From Bacilli bacterium (GTDB taxonomy: Bacteria > Bacillota_I > Bacilli_A > ML615J-28 > CAG-313), in the NCBI GenBank assembly GCA_017398545.1, contig JAFQFT010000048.1:2418-66417 (forward strand): DNA of 64,000 nt, in the 5' to 3' direction. Within the stretch, counting starts at the first letter, position 1. Each line of letters opens with the position of its first letter. Both the position numbers and the translations under genes were made by a program. The notes beneath the pieces are model-generated. The model was not told where the DNA came from, did not search any database, and saw only the letters and a list, made by a program, of their open reading frames with translations. This document shows, piece by piece, positions 1-8,781 of this stretch.

Positions 1-16
1 TGTTAATTATTTAGCA

Positions 17-1732
17 ATGAGAAAGAAAATAATGAAAAGAAAAGAAACTATTAATAATATATTTGGAGTAATTGTTAGTTTCTTTATTATAGTTGGATTC
101 TTTGTAATAATGTATTTCTTATCACAATCTATTATTAACATGTTTAGTCTATTAATAAACGTAGTTAAATCAAGTAATGGTTTAGATAAATTTATTACAC
201 CATTTGCCATTTTGTTATATATATTATGTATAATTTTACTTAGTATATATGTTATAGATTTATTCCTAATATTAATCGCTAACTTCTTAGGACCAGTAAT
301 TAAACTAAAAGATCAAGATAAACATCGTAAAATATTTACATTTACAATTACTGGATTTATTGAAGATAAATGCAAACATCAAAAAGTTCAACCAAAACTA
401 CTTGTTTCATTTATTGTTCTATTAATTATTTGTATGTGTGTGAGTTATTCAACAGGTGGTTATTTTAAAAAGAGTTTAAATGATACTCCAAGTCATTTAA
501 ACACGTTAACATTTGAAGATAATTTTACTGATATCGTTATTAAAGGATATAATGGAAATATTAATTTTAAATCTACAGATAGTAATACATTAATATTAGA
601 ACATCAATATGAGTTTGAACACAATCTAAATCTTACAATTGAAAATAATACACTTAATATTAATCTTGAAATGACTAAATCATATGATGTATTTAATTTG
701 TTAAATGAACCAACACAAAATTTAATTATTTATATTCCTAATAGTTTTATAAATAAGAACATATTAATTGAAATGGATAAAAGTATTATTGATATTTCAG
801 ATATTAATAATGTTAGTAATGTAGATTTAACTGTTGATACAAAAGGTACAATTAGTCTTGTTAATTCTAAAGTATCTAACTTAAATGTAAAAGGATATGA
901 AATAAACCTAGCTATAGCGAAATCAAGTATAAATGATAATACATATATTGAAACATCTAAAGGTCAAACACTAGTTCAACAAGAAAGTAATTTAAATAAC
1001 GTAGAACTTATTAATAATTCTAGTTATATTAAGTTTGAAAATAGTACTATTCAAAATTTAAAAATTGAAAATGCATCTGGAACAATTGAAATTATCAAAA
1101 TGACTGGAACAACACTTGATGTAAAATCAAGACAATCAGTTAATACATATGAAGACTCTGAATATGATAATATTAAATTAAATGTCTCTAACTCATCTAA
1201 ACTTACCCTTACTAGAATACTAAGTAATAATATAGATATAGTTTTAGATAACTCACAACTTTTATTAAACTATGTAAAAGGTAATACAAAAGTAAACGCA
1301 ACTTCTGGCACTGTATATTTATCTGGTGTAGGTGAAAATCACGATTTAGCTAGTCAAAATTACAATAGTGAAATTGTAACAAATGTAAAAATATATAATA
1401 AAGGTAGTGCTTGTAAAATAGAAGCAGTTGATTCTAAAATAAATGATTTATTAGTAAATCAAGAAGGTGGTTTTATTAATATTAGTAAATCTACTATTAT
1501 TACAGGTTCAATCACCGCAACAAACACAGAAACAATTGACTTATTAGATTTAAAAGGTAGTCAAATAGATTTATTCATATCTAATTTAAAACAAACTTTT
1601 ATTATTGATGCAGAACAAAATACTGGTATGAAATATGTTATTAAAACAATTGATACACTTTCTTTCGCAAGACTTTTTGCAGATGAAGAAACTGTAACAG
1701 TGATTAACGAGGCGGCAAATGCAAATGAATAG
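17..1732 (+). CDS. membrane-anchored beta-strand-repeat protein (DUF4097 / putative-adhesin-like)
   Basis: 571-aa ORF. N-terminal hydrophobic helices (IFGVIVSFFIIVGFFVIMYF, AILLYILCIILLSIYVIDLFLILIANF, LLVSFIVLLIICMCV) are followed by an N/S/T/I-rich series of short strands with recurring SG-T-[IV] turns (ENASGTIEI, NATSGTVYL), as in DUF4097-type repeats. The start could also be ATG 32. Confidence 0.5.
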   Translation: MRKKIMKRKETINNIFGVIVSFFIIVGFFVIMYFLSQSIINMFSLLINVVKSSNGLDKFITPFAILLYILCIILLSIYVIDLFLILIANFLGPVIKLKDQDKHRKIFTFTITGFIEDKCKHQKVQPKLLVSFIVLLIICMCVSYSTGGYFKKSLNDTPSHLNTLTFEDNFTDIVIKGYNGNINFKSTDSNTLILEHQYEFEHNLNLTIENNTLNINLEMTKSYDVFNLLNEPTQNLIIYIPNSFINKNILIEMDKSIIDISDINNVSNVDLTVDTKGTISLVNSKVSNLNVKGYEINLAIAKSSINDNTYIETSKGQTLVQQESNLNNVELINNSSYIKFENSTIQNLKIENASGTIEIIKMTGTTLDVKSRQSVNTYEDSEYDNIKLNVSNSSKLTLTRILSNNIDIVLDNSQLLLNYVKGNTKVNATSGTVYLSGVGENHDLASQNYNSEIVTNVKIYNKGSACKIEAVDSKINDLLVNQEGGFINISKSTIITGSITATNTETIDLLDLKGSQIDLFISNLKQTFIIDAEQNTGMKYVIKTIDTLSFARLFADEETVTVINEAANANE

Positions 1733-2414
1733 TATTTTTTGTGGCATTGAAAAGATGTCTTTAGTAGATTTTGATGGTAAAATAGCATGTACATTATTTA
1801 CTGGTGGTTGTAACTATAGATGTCCTTTCTGTCACAATTCCCCATTAATTAATGAACAACCGTTTCTTGATTTAAATGAAATTATTACTTATTTAGAAAA
1901 AAGAAAAAGAATGCTTGATGCTGTAGTTATAAGTGGAGGAGAACCAACTCTACATAAAAGCCTTCCAGTTATATTAAAAGTAATTAAAGAATTAGGTTAT
2001 ATAATCAAACTTGACACTAATGGAACTAATCCTAAAATGTTAAAAGAATTAATTGATAATAAATTAATAGATTATGTTGCGATGGACATTAAAGGAAGTC
2101 TAAATAATTACCATTTAATAACTGGAGTTAAAAATCCATTATTAGATAATATAAAGGAATCTATTAATATTTTGAAACAATCAAATATTGATTTTGAATT
2201 TAGAACTACACTTGTAAAAGAATATCATACTTTAGAAATTATTAATGAAATGAAAGAACTTTTAAAAGGAACAAAAAAAATATTTCTTCAAAAGTTTGTT
2301 TTAAGAGAAACATGCCTTGATCAATCTCTAAATGAAATAGATATACTTACAGCAACTAAATATAAAGAAATACTAGAACAATCAGTTGAAAATGTATATC
2401 TAAGAGGATATTAA
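1719..2414 (+). CDS. nrdG: anaerobic ribonucleoside-triphosphate reductase activating protein (radical SAM)
   Basis: 231 aa. Has the radical-SAM cluster motif CNYRCPFCHN near the N-terminus and a GGEPTL SAM-binding motif. Size and layout match class III RNR activases. Overlaps the upstream ORF by 14 nt and converges on nrdD. Confidence 0.85.
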   Translation: MQMNSIFCGIEKMSLVDFDGKIACTLFTGGCNYRCPFCHNSPLINEQPFLDLNEIITYLEKRKRMLDAVVISGGEPTLHKSLPVILKVIKELGYIIKLDTNGTNPKMLKELIDNKLIDYVAMDIKGSLNNYHLITGVKNPLLDNIKESINILKQSNIDFEFRTTLVKEYHTLEIINEMKELLKGTKKIFLQKFVLRETCLDQSLNEIDILTATKYKEILEQSVENVYLRGY

Positions 2415-2454
2415 AAAAAGTAGTATATGACTATTAAATCATATACTACTTTTT
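2415..2454. terminator. bidirectional rho-independent terminator between nrdG and the TrxR-like gene
   Basis: Perfect 16-bp stem AAAAAGTAGTATATGA / TCATATACTACTTTTT with an 8-nt loop. An A-run on one side and a T-run on the other let it serve both convergent transcripts. Confidence 0.8.
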
Positions 2455-3363
2455 CTATTTATTGTTATTAATATAATTTACTGCATTCATTGCAGCTACT
2501 GCTCCATCACCTACTGCTGTTGTAAGTTGACGAACATGTTTAGTTCTACAGTCACCTGCAACATATATACCTGGTGTTTTAGTTGTTGTATCGGTTGATA
2601 AGATATATCCTTTATCATCAAGATCAACTAAGTTTTTATATCTTTCATTATTGGGAACTTGTCCTATTGCAATAAAGCATGCATCTACATTAAAGATTAC
2701 TTCTTTGCTTGTTTTTGTACTTTCAAATTTTAAACCAGTTAATTCTTCTTTATATAAGAATTCTTTTAATGATATTTCTTTAGTAACGATGATATTTTCT
2801 TTTTCTTTTAGTCTATCAACTAATGTTTGATCAGCAAAGAATTTATCAAATAACATACATAAATATACTTTATTACATATATCTGATAACATTAAAGTAT
2901 ATTGAAGTGCTGTATTTGCGTCTCCAATTACTGCAACATCTTTTCCCTTATAGAATGCACCATCACAAACAGCACAGTATGATACACCTTTACCAATTAA
3001 TTCTTCTTCATGTGGAATATTAATTGTTCTATGTTTTACACCTGCTGCAATAATAACTGATTTTGCAAGATAAGTGTTGTAGTCTGTAATTACTGTAAAA
3101 CAATCATTTTCTTGTTTAATTTCTAAAACATCTTCACATTCAAATTCAACACCTAGTTCCATAATTTGTTCAAACATATTGTTTGAAAGTTCAAGTCCTG
3201 AAATTTCTTTAATTGATGGAAAGTTTTCTACTTTAGGACTTGATGCTATTTGACCACCAAATGATTCTTTTTCAAATATTTTAACTGTTTTTCCACTTCT
3301 TTTAGCGTAAAGAGCAGCTGTCATTCCAGCTGCCCCTCCGCCAATTACGATAATATCAATCAT
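2455..3363 (-). CDS. thioredoxin-reductase-like flavoprotein lacking the canonical NADPH-binding motifs
   Basis: 302 aa. FAD motif GGGAAGMTAA and redox-active CAVCDG are present. The second dinucleotide motif reads VIGDANTA instead of GGGNSA, and the HRRxxFRA motif is replaced by MLFDKFFA. Its start lies 6 nt after the nrdD stop. Confidence 0.75.
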   Translation of the reverse strand: MIDIIVIGGGAAGMTAALYAKRSGKTVKIFEKESFGGQIASSPKVENFPSIKEISGLELSNNMFEQIMELGVEFECEDVLEIKQENDCFTVITDYNTYLAKSVIIAAGVKHRTINIPHEEELIGKGVSYCAVCDGAFYKGKDVAVIGDANTALQYTLMLSDICNKVYLCMLFDKFFADQTLVDRLKEKENIIVTKEISLKEFLYKEELTGLKFESTKTSKEVIFNVDACFIAIGQVPNNERYKNLVDLDDKGYILSTDTTTKTPGIYVAGDCRTKHVRQLTTAVGDGAVAAMNAVNYINNNK

Positions 3364-3369
3364 AATTAA

Positions 3370-5727
3370 TTATCTACTTTCTATATATTGTTTAATAAAG
3401 CTAACGTTTTCAAATACGTCATATCCACCCATCTTAGGTACAAGTAATGTTGGAGCTTTTTTAATATTGAATTTATTTACTAAATCAACATTATCTTCTG
3501 CATCAATAGTTGTATATTCAACACCTGCTTTGTCTAAAAGCATTTTAGCCATTTTACAATTTGGACAAGTTTTAGTAGTAAATAGAAGGATTTTATCAAG
3601 ACTTACACTTTGAGTTTGAGTTTCTTCTTTAACCATTTCTTTTTCAGTAAATACTGATGTAGATAAGTTATAAACTTTGCGGTGTTTAAATTCTTGAGCT
3701 TTACCATCATTCCAGTTTTGAACAGGACGGTAATATCCAGTGATTCTACTATAAACTTCAGTTTTCTTACCACAAATTGGACAAGTAAATGCTTCACCAT
3801 CAATATATCCATGTTCAGAACATACTGAATATGTTGGGGAAATTGAGTAGTAAGGAAGTTTGTAGTTTTCTGCAATCTTTCTAACTAAATTAGCACATGC
3901 TTGCCATGAAGGCATTCTTTGACCAAGATATGTATGGAATACAGTACCTGATGTATATAATGTTTGTAATTCATCTTGGATGTCTAGTGCAGTAAAGACA
4001 TCTTCAGTAAAACTAACAGGTAGATGAGAACTGTTAGTATAATAAGGAGTTTCATCCTCTTTTGATGCGGTAATAATATCAGGGTAACGTTTCTTATCAT
4101 GTTTTGCAAGACGATATGATGTAGATTCAGCAGGAGTTGCTTCTAAGTTATATAAGTCACCATATAGTTCTTGATAATCAGATAATTTGTTACGCATGAA
4201 GTTAAGAACATTTTTAGTAAATTCTTGACCTTCTTTAGTTGTTAAGTCTTTTCTTAACCATTTAGCATTTAAACAAGCTTCATTCATACCAACAAGACCG
4301 ATTGTTGAGAAGTGGTTATCAAATGTTCCTAAATAACGTTGTGTATATGGATATAATCCTAAGTTTAATAATTTTGTAATAATATTTCTCTTGATCTTTA
4401 AACTTCTTGCAGAAATGTTCATTAATTTTTCTAGACGTTTGTAGAAGTCTTCTTCATCAGTAGCTAAGTATGCAAGACGTGGCATATTAAGTGTTACAAC
4501 ACCAACTGAACCAGTTGATTCACCAGAACCAAAGAAACCACCTGATTTTTTACGAAGTTCTCTTAGGTCAAGACGAAGTCTACAACACATACTTCTAACA
4601 TCACTTGGTTCCATATCTGAGTTGATATAGTTAGAGAAGTATGGAGTACCGTATTTAGCAGTCATTTCAAATAATAATTTATTATTTTCTGTTTCTGACC
4701 AGTCAAAATCTTTTGTGATAGAATAAGTTGGAATTGGATATTGGAAACCACGTCCATTAGCATCACCTTCAATCATAATTTCGATGAATGCTTTATTAAC
4801 CATTGCCATTTCTTTAGCACAGTCTTTATATTTAAAATCCATTTCTTTTCCACCAACGATTGCGTTAAGTTCTGCTAAATCGTTAGGAACTACCCAGTCA
4901 AGAGTGATATTTGTAAATGGAGCTTGAGTCCCCCATCTACTTGGTGTATTAACACCATAAATAAATGATTGAATACATTGTTTAGTTTCTTTGTATGTTA
5001 AATTATCTACTTTAACAAATGGTGCAAGATATGTATCAAAAGATGAAAATGCTTGTGCACCAGCCCATTCATTTTGCATGATACCTAAGAAGTTTGTCAT
5101 TTGGTTACATAAAGTTGAAAGGTGAGATGCAGGTTTAGAAGTAATCTTACCAGGTACACCACCAAGTCCTTCAGTAATTAATTGTTTTAAACTCCATCCA
5201 GCGCAATAACCTGTAAGCATTGATAAGTCATGAATATGAATATCTGCATCACGATGTGCTTTTTCAATTTCTTGGTCATAAATTTCAGATAACCAGTAGT
5301 TAGCTGTAATAGCACCAGAGTTTGAAAGAATTAATCCACCTACTGAATATGTTACTGTTGAGTTTTCTTTAACACGCCAGTCACTAATTTTTAAGTAGTT
5401 GTTAATTGTATCTTTATAGTCAAGGAAGGTAGAACTCATATTTCTAATGTTTTCATGTTGCTTACGATATAAAATATATGATTTAGCTACATCAACATAA
5501 CTTGTTTGAATTAATACAATTTCAACTGTATCTTGAATTTCCTCTACTGAAATAACATCATCAATAATTTTATCATTAAAAGTAGCAGTAACTTTTAATG
5601 CAAGAAGTTCAATGATGTCTTTTGAATAATTTTTATTTACAGATTCAAATGCTTTTGCAATCGCATTCTCAATTTTGGTGATATCAAAATCAACGATGTT
5701 ACCATCACGCTTTTTAACTTTAATCAT
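3370..5727 (-). CDS. nrdD: anaerobic (class III) ribonucleoside-triphosphate reductase with N-terminal ATP-cone and C-terminal glutaredoxin/thioredoxin-like domain
   Basis: 785 aa. Domains in order: ATP-cone start (MIKVKKRDGNIVDFDITKIENAI), finger-loop motif RSMCCRLRLD, Zn-ribbon cysteines (CSEHGY...CPICG), glycyl-radical motif SRITGYYRP. An extra linker of about 100 aa and a redoxin fold follow, with CPNC encoded at nt 3556-3567 (LLFTTKTCPNCKMAKMLLDKAGVEY). GGAGGG RBS. Confidence 0.92.
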   Translation of the reverse strand: MIKVKKRDGNIVDFDITKIENAIAKAFESVNKNYSKDIIELLALKVTATFNDKIIDDVISVEEIQDTVEIVLIQTSYVDVAKSYILYRKQHENIRNMSSTFLDYKDTINNYLKISDWRVKENSTVTYSVGGLILSNSGAITANYWLSEIYDQEIEKAHRDADIHIHDLSMLTGYCAGWSLKQLITEGLGGVPGKITSKPASHLSTLCNQMTNFLGIMQNEWAGAQAFSSFDTYLAPFVKVDNLTYKETKQCIQSFIYGVNTPSRWGTQAPFTNITLDWVVPNDLAELNAIVGGKEMDFKYKDCAKEMAMVNKAFIEIMIEGDANGRGFQYPIPTYSITKDFDWSETENNKLLFEMTAKYGTPYFSNYINSDMEPSDVRSMCCRLRLDLRELRKKSGGFFGSGESTGSVGVVTLNMPRLAYLATDEEDFYKRLEKLMNISARSLKIKRNIITKLLNLGLYPYTQRYLGTFDNHFSTIGLVGMNEACLNAKWLRKDLTTKEGQEFTKNVLNFMRNKLSDYQELYGDLYNLEATPAESTSYRLAKHDKKRYPDIITASKEDETPYYTNSSHLPVSFTEDVFTALDIQDELQTLYTSGTVFHTYLGQRMPSWQACANLVRKIAENYKLPYYSISPTYSVCSEHGYIDGEAFTCPICGKKTEVYSRITGYYRPVQNWNDGKAQEFKHRKVYNLSTSVFTEKEMVKEETQTQSVSLDKILLFTTKTCPNCKMAKMLLDKAGVEYTTIDAEDNVDLVNKFNIKKAPTLLVPKMGGYDVFENVSFIKQYIESR

Positions 5728-5788
5728 TTGTCTTTCCCTCCTATAATAATTTAAAAATGTTTTAATATCTCATTTTAAGAGTATATTT

Positions 5789-5817
5789 ATTATACTAAAT
5801 TCGGCATTTTTTTTCAA
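5789..5817 (-). promoter_or_regulatory. sigma-A-type promoter of nrdD
   Basis: On the minus strand: TTGAAA (5817-5812), 17-nt spacer, TATAAT (5794-5789), about 60 nt upstream of the nrdD ATG. Confidence 0.6.
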
Positions 5818-5883
5818 GTATTATATTTATGAAAAAATTTTCATTTTTTTAAAATTTAGAAAGCATTTAGAAATGGATATATA

Positions 5884-5904
5884 AATTTAGAATAATTCTA
5901 AATT
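5884..5904. promoter_or_regulatory. 21-bp perfect palindrome AATTTAGAAT-A-ATTCTAAATT (candidate operator/activator site upstream of nrdD)
   Basis: Perfect 10-1-10 inverted repeat. Two more direct copies of ATTTAGAAA lie at 5854-5862 and 5865-5873, and a CTAAAT half-site lies inside the nrdD promoter spacer. Confidence 0.4.
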
Positions 5905-5911
5905 CATGAAA

Positions 5912-5940
5912 ATAAAAAAGATAATTGAATAAATCAATTA
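5912..5940 (-). terminator. weak AT-rich hairpin downstream of aspA
   Basis: On the minus strand: TAATTGA-tttat-TCAATTA followed by TCTTTTTTATTTT. The stem is almost all A/T. Confidence 0.35.
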
Positions 5941-5943
5941 CCT

Positions 5944-7347
5944 TTATTTTTTTAAAATATCTTCACCAGGAATACCCGGTATAACTAATTTTGCTAAATC
6001 TAGAATCTTATTTAATTGTTCTTCTGAAACTAATCCTTTAGATAAGATTACTTCTTTAATTGGGATCTTAGTATTAATAGATTCTTCAACTATTTCACAA
6101 GCAGCATCATAACCAATGTGACTTGATAATGCGGTAATAATACTAGTTGAATTATTTACATTACCCAAACAAGCATCAGCATTAACAGTAAGACCTGTAA
6201 TAGCTAGTTCATTAAATGTTCTTACTGCATGACGAGTGTTTGTAAGTTGTTCAAACATTGCCATAATAATTACTGGTAAAAATGGATTAAGTTCAAGTTG
6301 TCCTGCTTCAACAGCATTAGTAATTGTAACATCTAAGCCCATTACATAGAATGAAACTTGGTTAACTACTTCTGGAACAACTGGATTAAACTTACCAGGT
6401 ATGATTGATGATCCTTGTTGAACACGGGGTAAATTAATTTCATTAATATGAGTGGATGCCATAAATCTTAAGTCGCTTGCCATTTTAGATAAGTTAAGTG
6501 CAAGTCCTTTGATCATGCTTGAGGCATATGCAAAGCAATCTAGATTACAAGTTATATCAATTAAATCTTTAGCAGGTTTTAGGTTTTCACCAGAGTATTT
6601 AGCAATTAGAGGTACAACTTTTTTAATATACTTTGGAGTAGCATTGATACCAGTACCAATTGCTGTTCCTCCCATGTTAATTTCGCTTAATGCTTCGATT
6701 GCAGATTCTAATCTTTTTAGATCTCTCCCTATTACATTTGCATAAGATTTGAATTCTTGACCAAGTGTCATAGGAACTGCTTCTTGAAGATGTGTTCTAC
6801 CCATTTTTATAACATCTTTAAATTCAAATGCTTTGTCATTAAGAACGTTTTGTAGTTTTTTAACCTCAACAATTAACTTTTTAATTTGTTTTGTTATCGC
6901 AATTTTCCCTGCTGTTTGAATTACATCATTTGTTGATTGACATTTATTAACATGATCAATTGGATGAACATATTCATATTTTCCTTTTTTACCACCAAGG
7001 ATTTCATTTGCTCTATTCGCAATTACTTCATTTGCGTTCATGTTGATACTAGTTCCAGCGCCACCTTGAATCAAATCTGTAATAAATTGTCCATGTAGAC
7101 GTCCGTTTAATATTTCTTCACATGCAAGCATAATGGCATTAGATACTTCTTCAGTTATTAAGTCAGCTTCTGCGTTAGCTTTTGCTGCACCTTTTTTTAC
7201 ATAAGCTAAAGCTTTTATCATTTGTCTTGGTATTCCTCGTTTAGTAATATCAAAGTTATTTTTTGATCTTAATGTGTTAATTCCGTAGTATGCTTCTTGA
7301 GGAATTTTTATTTCTCCGATAGCATCTTTTTCAGTACGATACTTCAT
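5944..7347 (-). CDS. aspA: aspartate ammonia-lyase
   Basis: 467 aa. Fumarate-lyase signature [20 protein letters not shown] (the NPVVPE form is aspartase-like). The N-terminus [28 protein letters not shown] matches the AspA pattern. Confidence 0.85.
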   Translation of the reverse strand: MKYRTEKDAIGEIKIPQEAYYGINTLRSKNNFDITKRGIPRQMIKALAYVKKGAAKANAEADLITEEVSNAIMLACEEILNGRLHGQFITDLIQGGAGTSINMNANEVIANRANEILGGKKGKYEYVHPIDHVNKCQSTNDVIQTAGKIAITKQIKKLIVEVKKLQNVLNDKAFEFKDVIKMGRTHLQEAVPMTLGQEFKSYANVIGRDLKRLESAIEALSEINMGGTAIGTGINATPKYIKKVVPLIAKYSGENLKPAKDLIDITCNLDCFAYASSMIKGLALNLSKMASDLRFMASTHINEINLPRVQQGSSIIPGKFNPVVPEVVNQVSFYVMGLDVTITNAVEAGQLELNPFLPVIIMAMFEQLTNTRHAVRTFNELAITGLTVNADACLGNVNNSTSIITALSSHIGYDAACEIVEESINTKIPIKEVILSKGLVSEEQLNKILDLAKLVIPGIPGEDILKK

Positions 7348-7471
7348 ATGTACCTCCTTACTTGTTTAATAAATCCATATATATGATACCACAAATTGGA
7401 AAATAATAGATAAAAAAAGACTTAAAAAAATATTATAAGCATAAAATAGTTATGAGTATGAGGTGAAATAA

Positions 7472-8716
7472 ATGAAATTAAAAATTAAAAAGACAACTAA
7501 TATTTTTGGAGAAATATTTATAAGTGGTTCTAAAAATGCATGTTTACCAATTCTTACGACAAGCATATTAACAAATGAGCTTATTCACTTACAGAATGTA
7601 CCTAATATATTAGATGTAGAATATATGATAGAATTACTAAAACTAATTGGTATAAAGGTTATAAGATGTTTAGAAACAAATGAAGTATATTTAAAAAGAA
7701 AAAGAATTAAATCTAAAATTAATAGCCCTTATCTAAATCAAATTAGAGCATCATATTATTTAATGGGAACACTATTTAGTGAAAAAAGAAATATTAAAAC
7801 GAAAATTCCTGGAGGATGTAACTTTACTACAAGGCCAATTGATTACCATTTAGACGCATTTAAACAAATGGGAGCTACCATTGCAATAGATCATGATGAT
7901 ATATTTATTAAAAGAAAAAAGAAGAAAAAAATTGATATTAAACTTAAAAATAAATCACTTGGTGCAACAATAAATATAATTCTCGCAACAGTTAAAACAA
8001 AAGGAGAAAGTGTTATAGTTAATCCCTCCCTTGAACCAGAAGTGATAGATTTAATAGATATTCTAAATAAGATGGGAGCAAACATTAATATTAAAGATGA
8101 AAAAATAATTATTACAGGTGTAAAAAAATTACATGGAGTTACACATAAAATTATACCAGATCGTATGGAAGCAGGTAGTTATATATGTCTTGCAGCAAGT
8201 GTTGAAAATAGTAATATTTTATTAAAAAATCTTAATATTAATCACCTAGAAAGTGTAATAAATATTTTTCAAAATAGTGGATTAAATATAATAAAAGAAG
8301 ATAATTCGTTGAGAATTATTAAAAACAAAAAAATAAAAAATTTAAGAATAGTAGCGGATAATTATCCTAGTTATCCAACCGATTTGCAACAACCAATGGT
8401 AAGTACGCTTCTTAACTCAAATAATATATCTATAATAAAAGACTTAATATATCCAAATAGATTTTCAGAAGTCTTTGAACTTTTGAATATGAAAGCAATT
8501 TTATATTTGAAAAATCAAACCCTTTTAATCTTTCCATCAAAGCTTATTGGTAAGGAAGTATATGCAGCTGACTTAAGGGCTGGTTTTTCATTAATAATTG
8601 CAGGAGTATGTGCAGAAGGAGAAACAATAATTAATAACTCTGAAGTAATTCTTAGAGGATATGATAATTTAATAGAGAAATTAAATAATATAAAAGTTGA
8701 TATACAGATTGTTTAA
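7472..8716 (+). CDS. murA: UDP-N-acetylglucosamine 1-carboxyvinyltransferase (divergent, K/N/I-rich)
   Basis: 414 aa. Motifs: ISGSKNACLPIL, the active-site loop IPGGCNFTTRPIDYHL with the catalytic Cys retained, LEPEVIDL, PDRMEAGSY, YPSYPTDLQQ, DLRAGFSLIIAG...RGYDNLIEKL. Confidence 0.85.
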   Translation: MKLKIKKTTNIFGEIFISGSKNACLPILTTSILTNELIHLQNVPNILDVEYMIELLKLIGIKVIRCLETNEVYLKRKRIKSKINSPYLNQIRASYYLMGTLFSEKRNIKTKIPGGCNFTTRPIDYHLDAFKQMGATIAIDHDDIFIKRKKKKKIDIKLKNKSLGATINIILATVKTKGESVIVNPSLEPEVIDLIDILNKMGANINIKDEKIIITGVKKLHGVTHKIIPDRMEAGSYICLAASVENSNILLKNLNINHLESVINIFQNSGLNIIKEDNSLRIIKNKKIKNLRIVADNYPSYPTDLQQPMVSTLLNSNNISIIKDLIYPNRFSEVFELLNMKAILYLKNQTLLIFPSKLIGKEVYAADLRAGFSLIIAGVCAEGETIINNSEVILRGYDNLIEKLNNIKVDIQIV

Positions 8717-8722
8717 AAAGAC

Positions 8723-8751
8723 TTGTATTATTTGTAATAATATGTTATAAT
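8723..8751 (+). promoter_or_regulatory. sigma-A-type promoter of the 1078-aa gene
   Basis: TTGTAT (8723-8728), 17-nt spacer, TATAAT (8746-8751). A GGAGG RBS follows. Confidence 0.55.
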
Positions 8752-8781
8752 AATAGATGTGTAAAAGGAGGTATTTACCTT

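Noticed and set aside
7905-7935. A-rich tract in murA (aaaagaaaaaagaagaaaaaaa) and the A8 run in nrdG (2273-2280), considered as phase-variation or slippage sites
   Set aside because: The murA tract is interrupted by G residues and simply encodes a poly-Lys loop. An A8 run is short, and both genes are intact and in frame.
7-8085. Short overlapping ORFs 7-210(-), 1561-1794(-), 2823-3023(+), 3603-3875(-), 6452-6745(+), 7891-8085(-)
   Set aside because: Each lies entirely inside, and antisense or out of frame to, a confidently identified gene (the DUF4097-like gene, nrdG, the TrxR-like gene, nrdD, aspA, murA). None has an RBS and the peptides are low-complexity.
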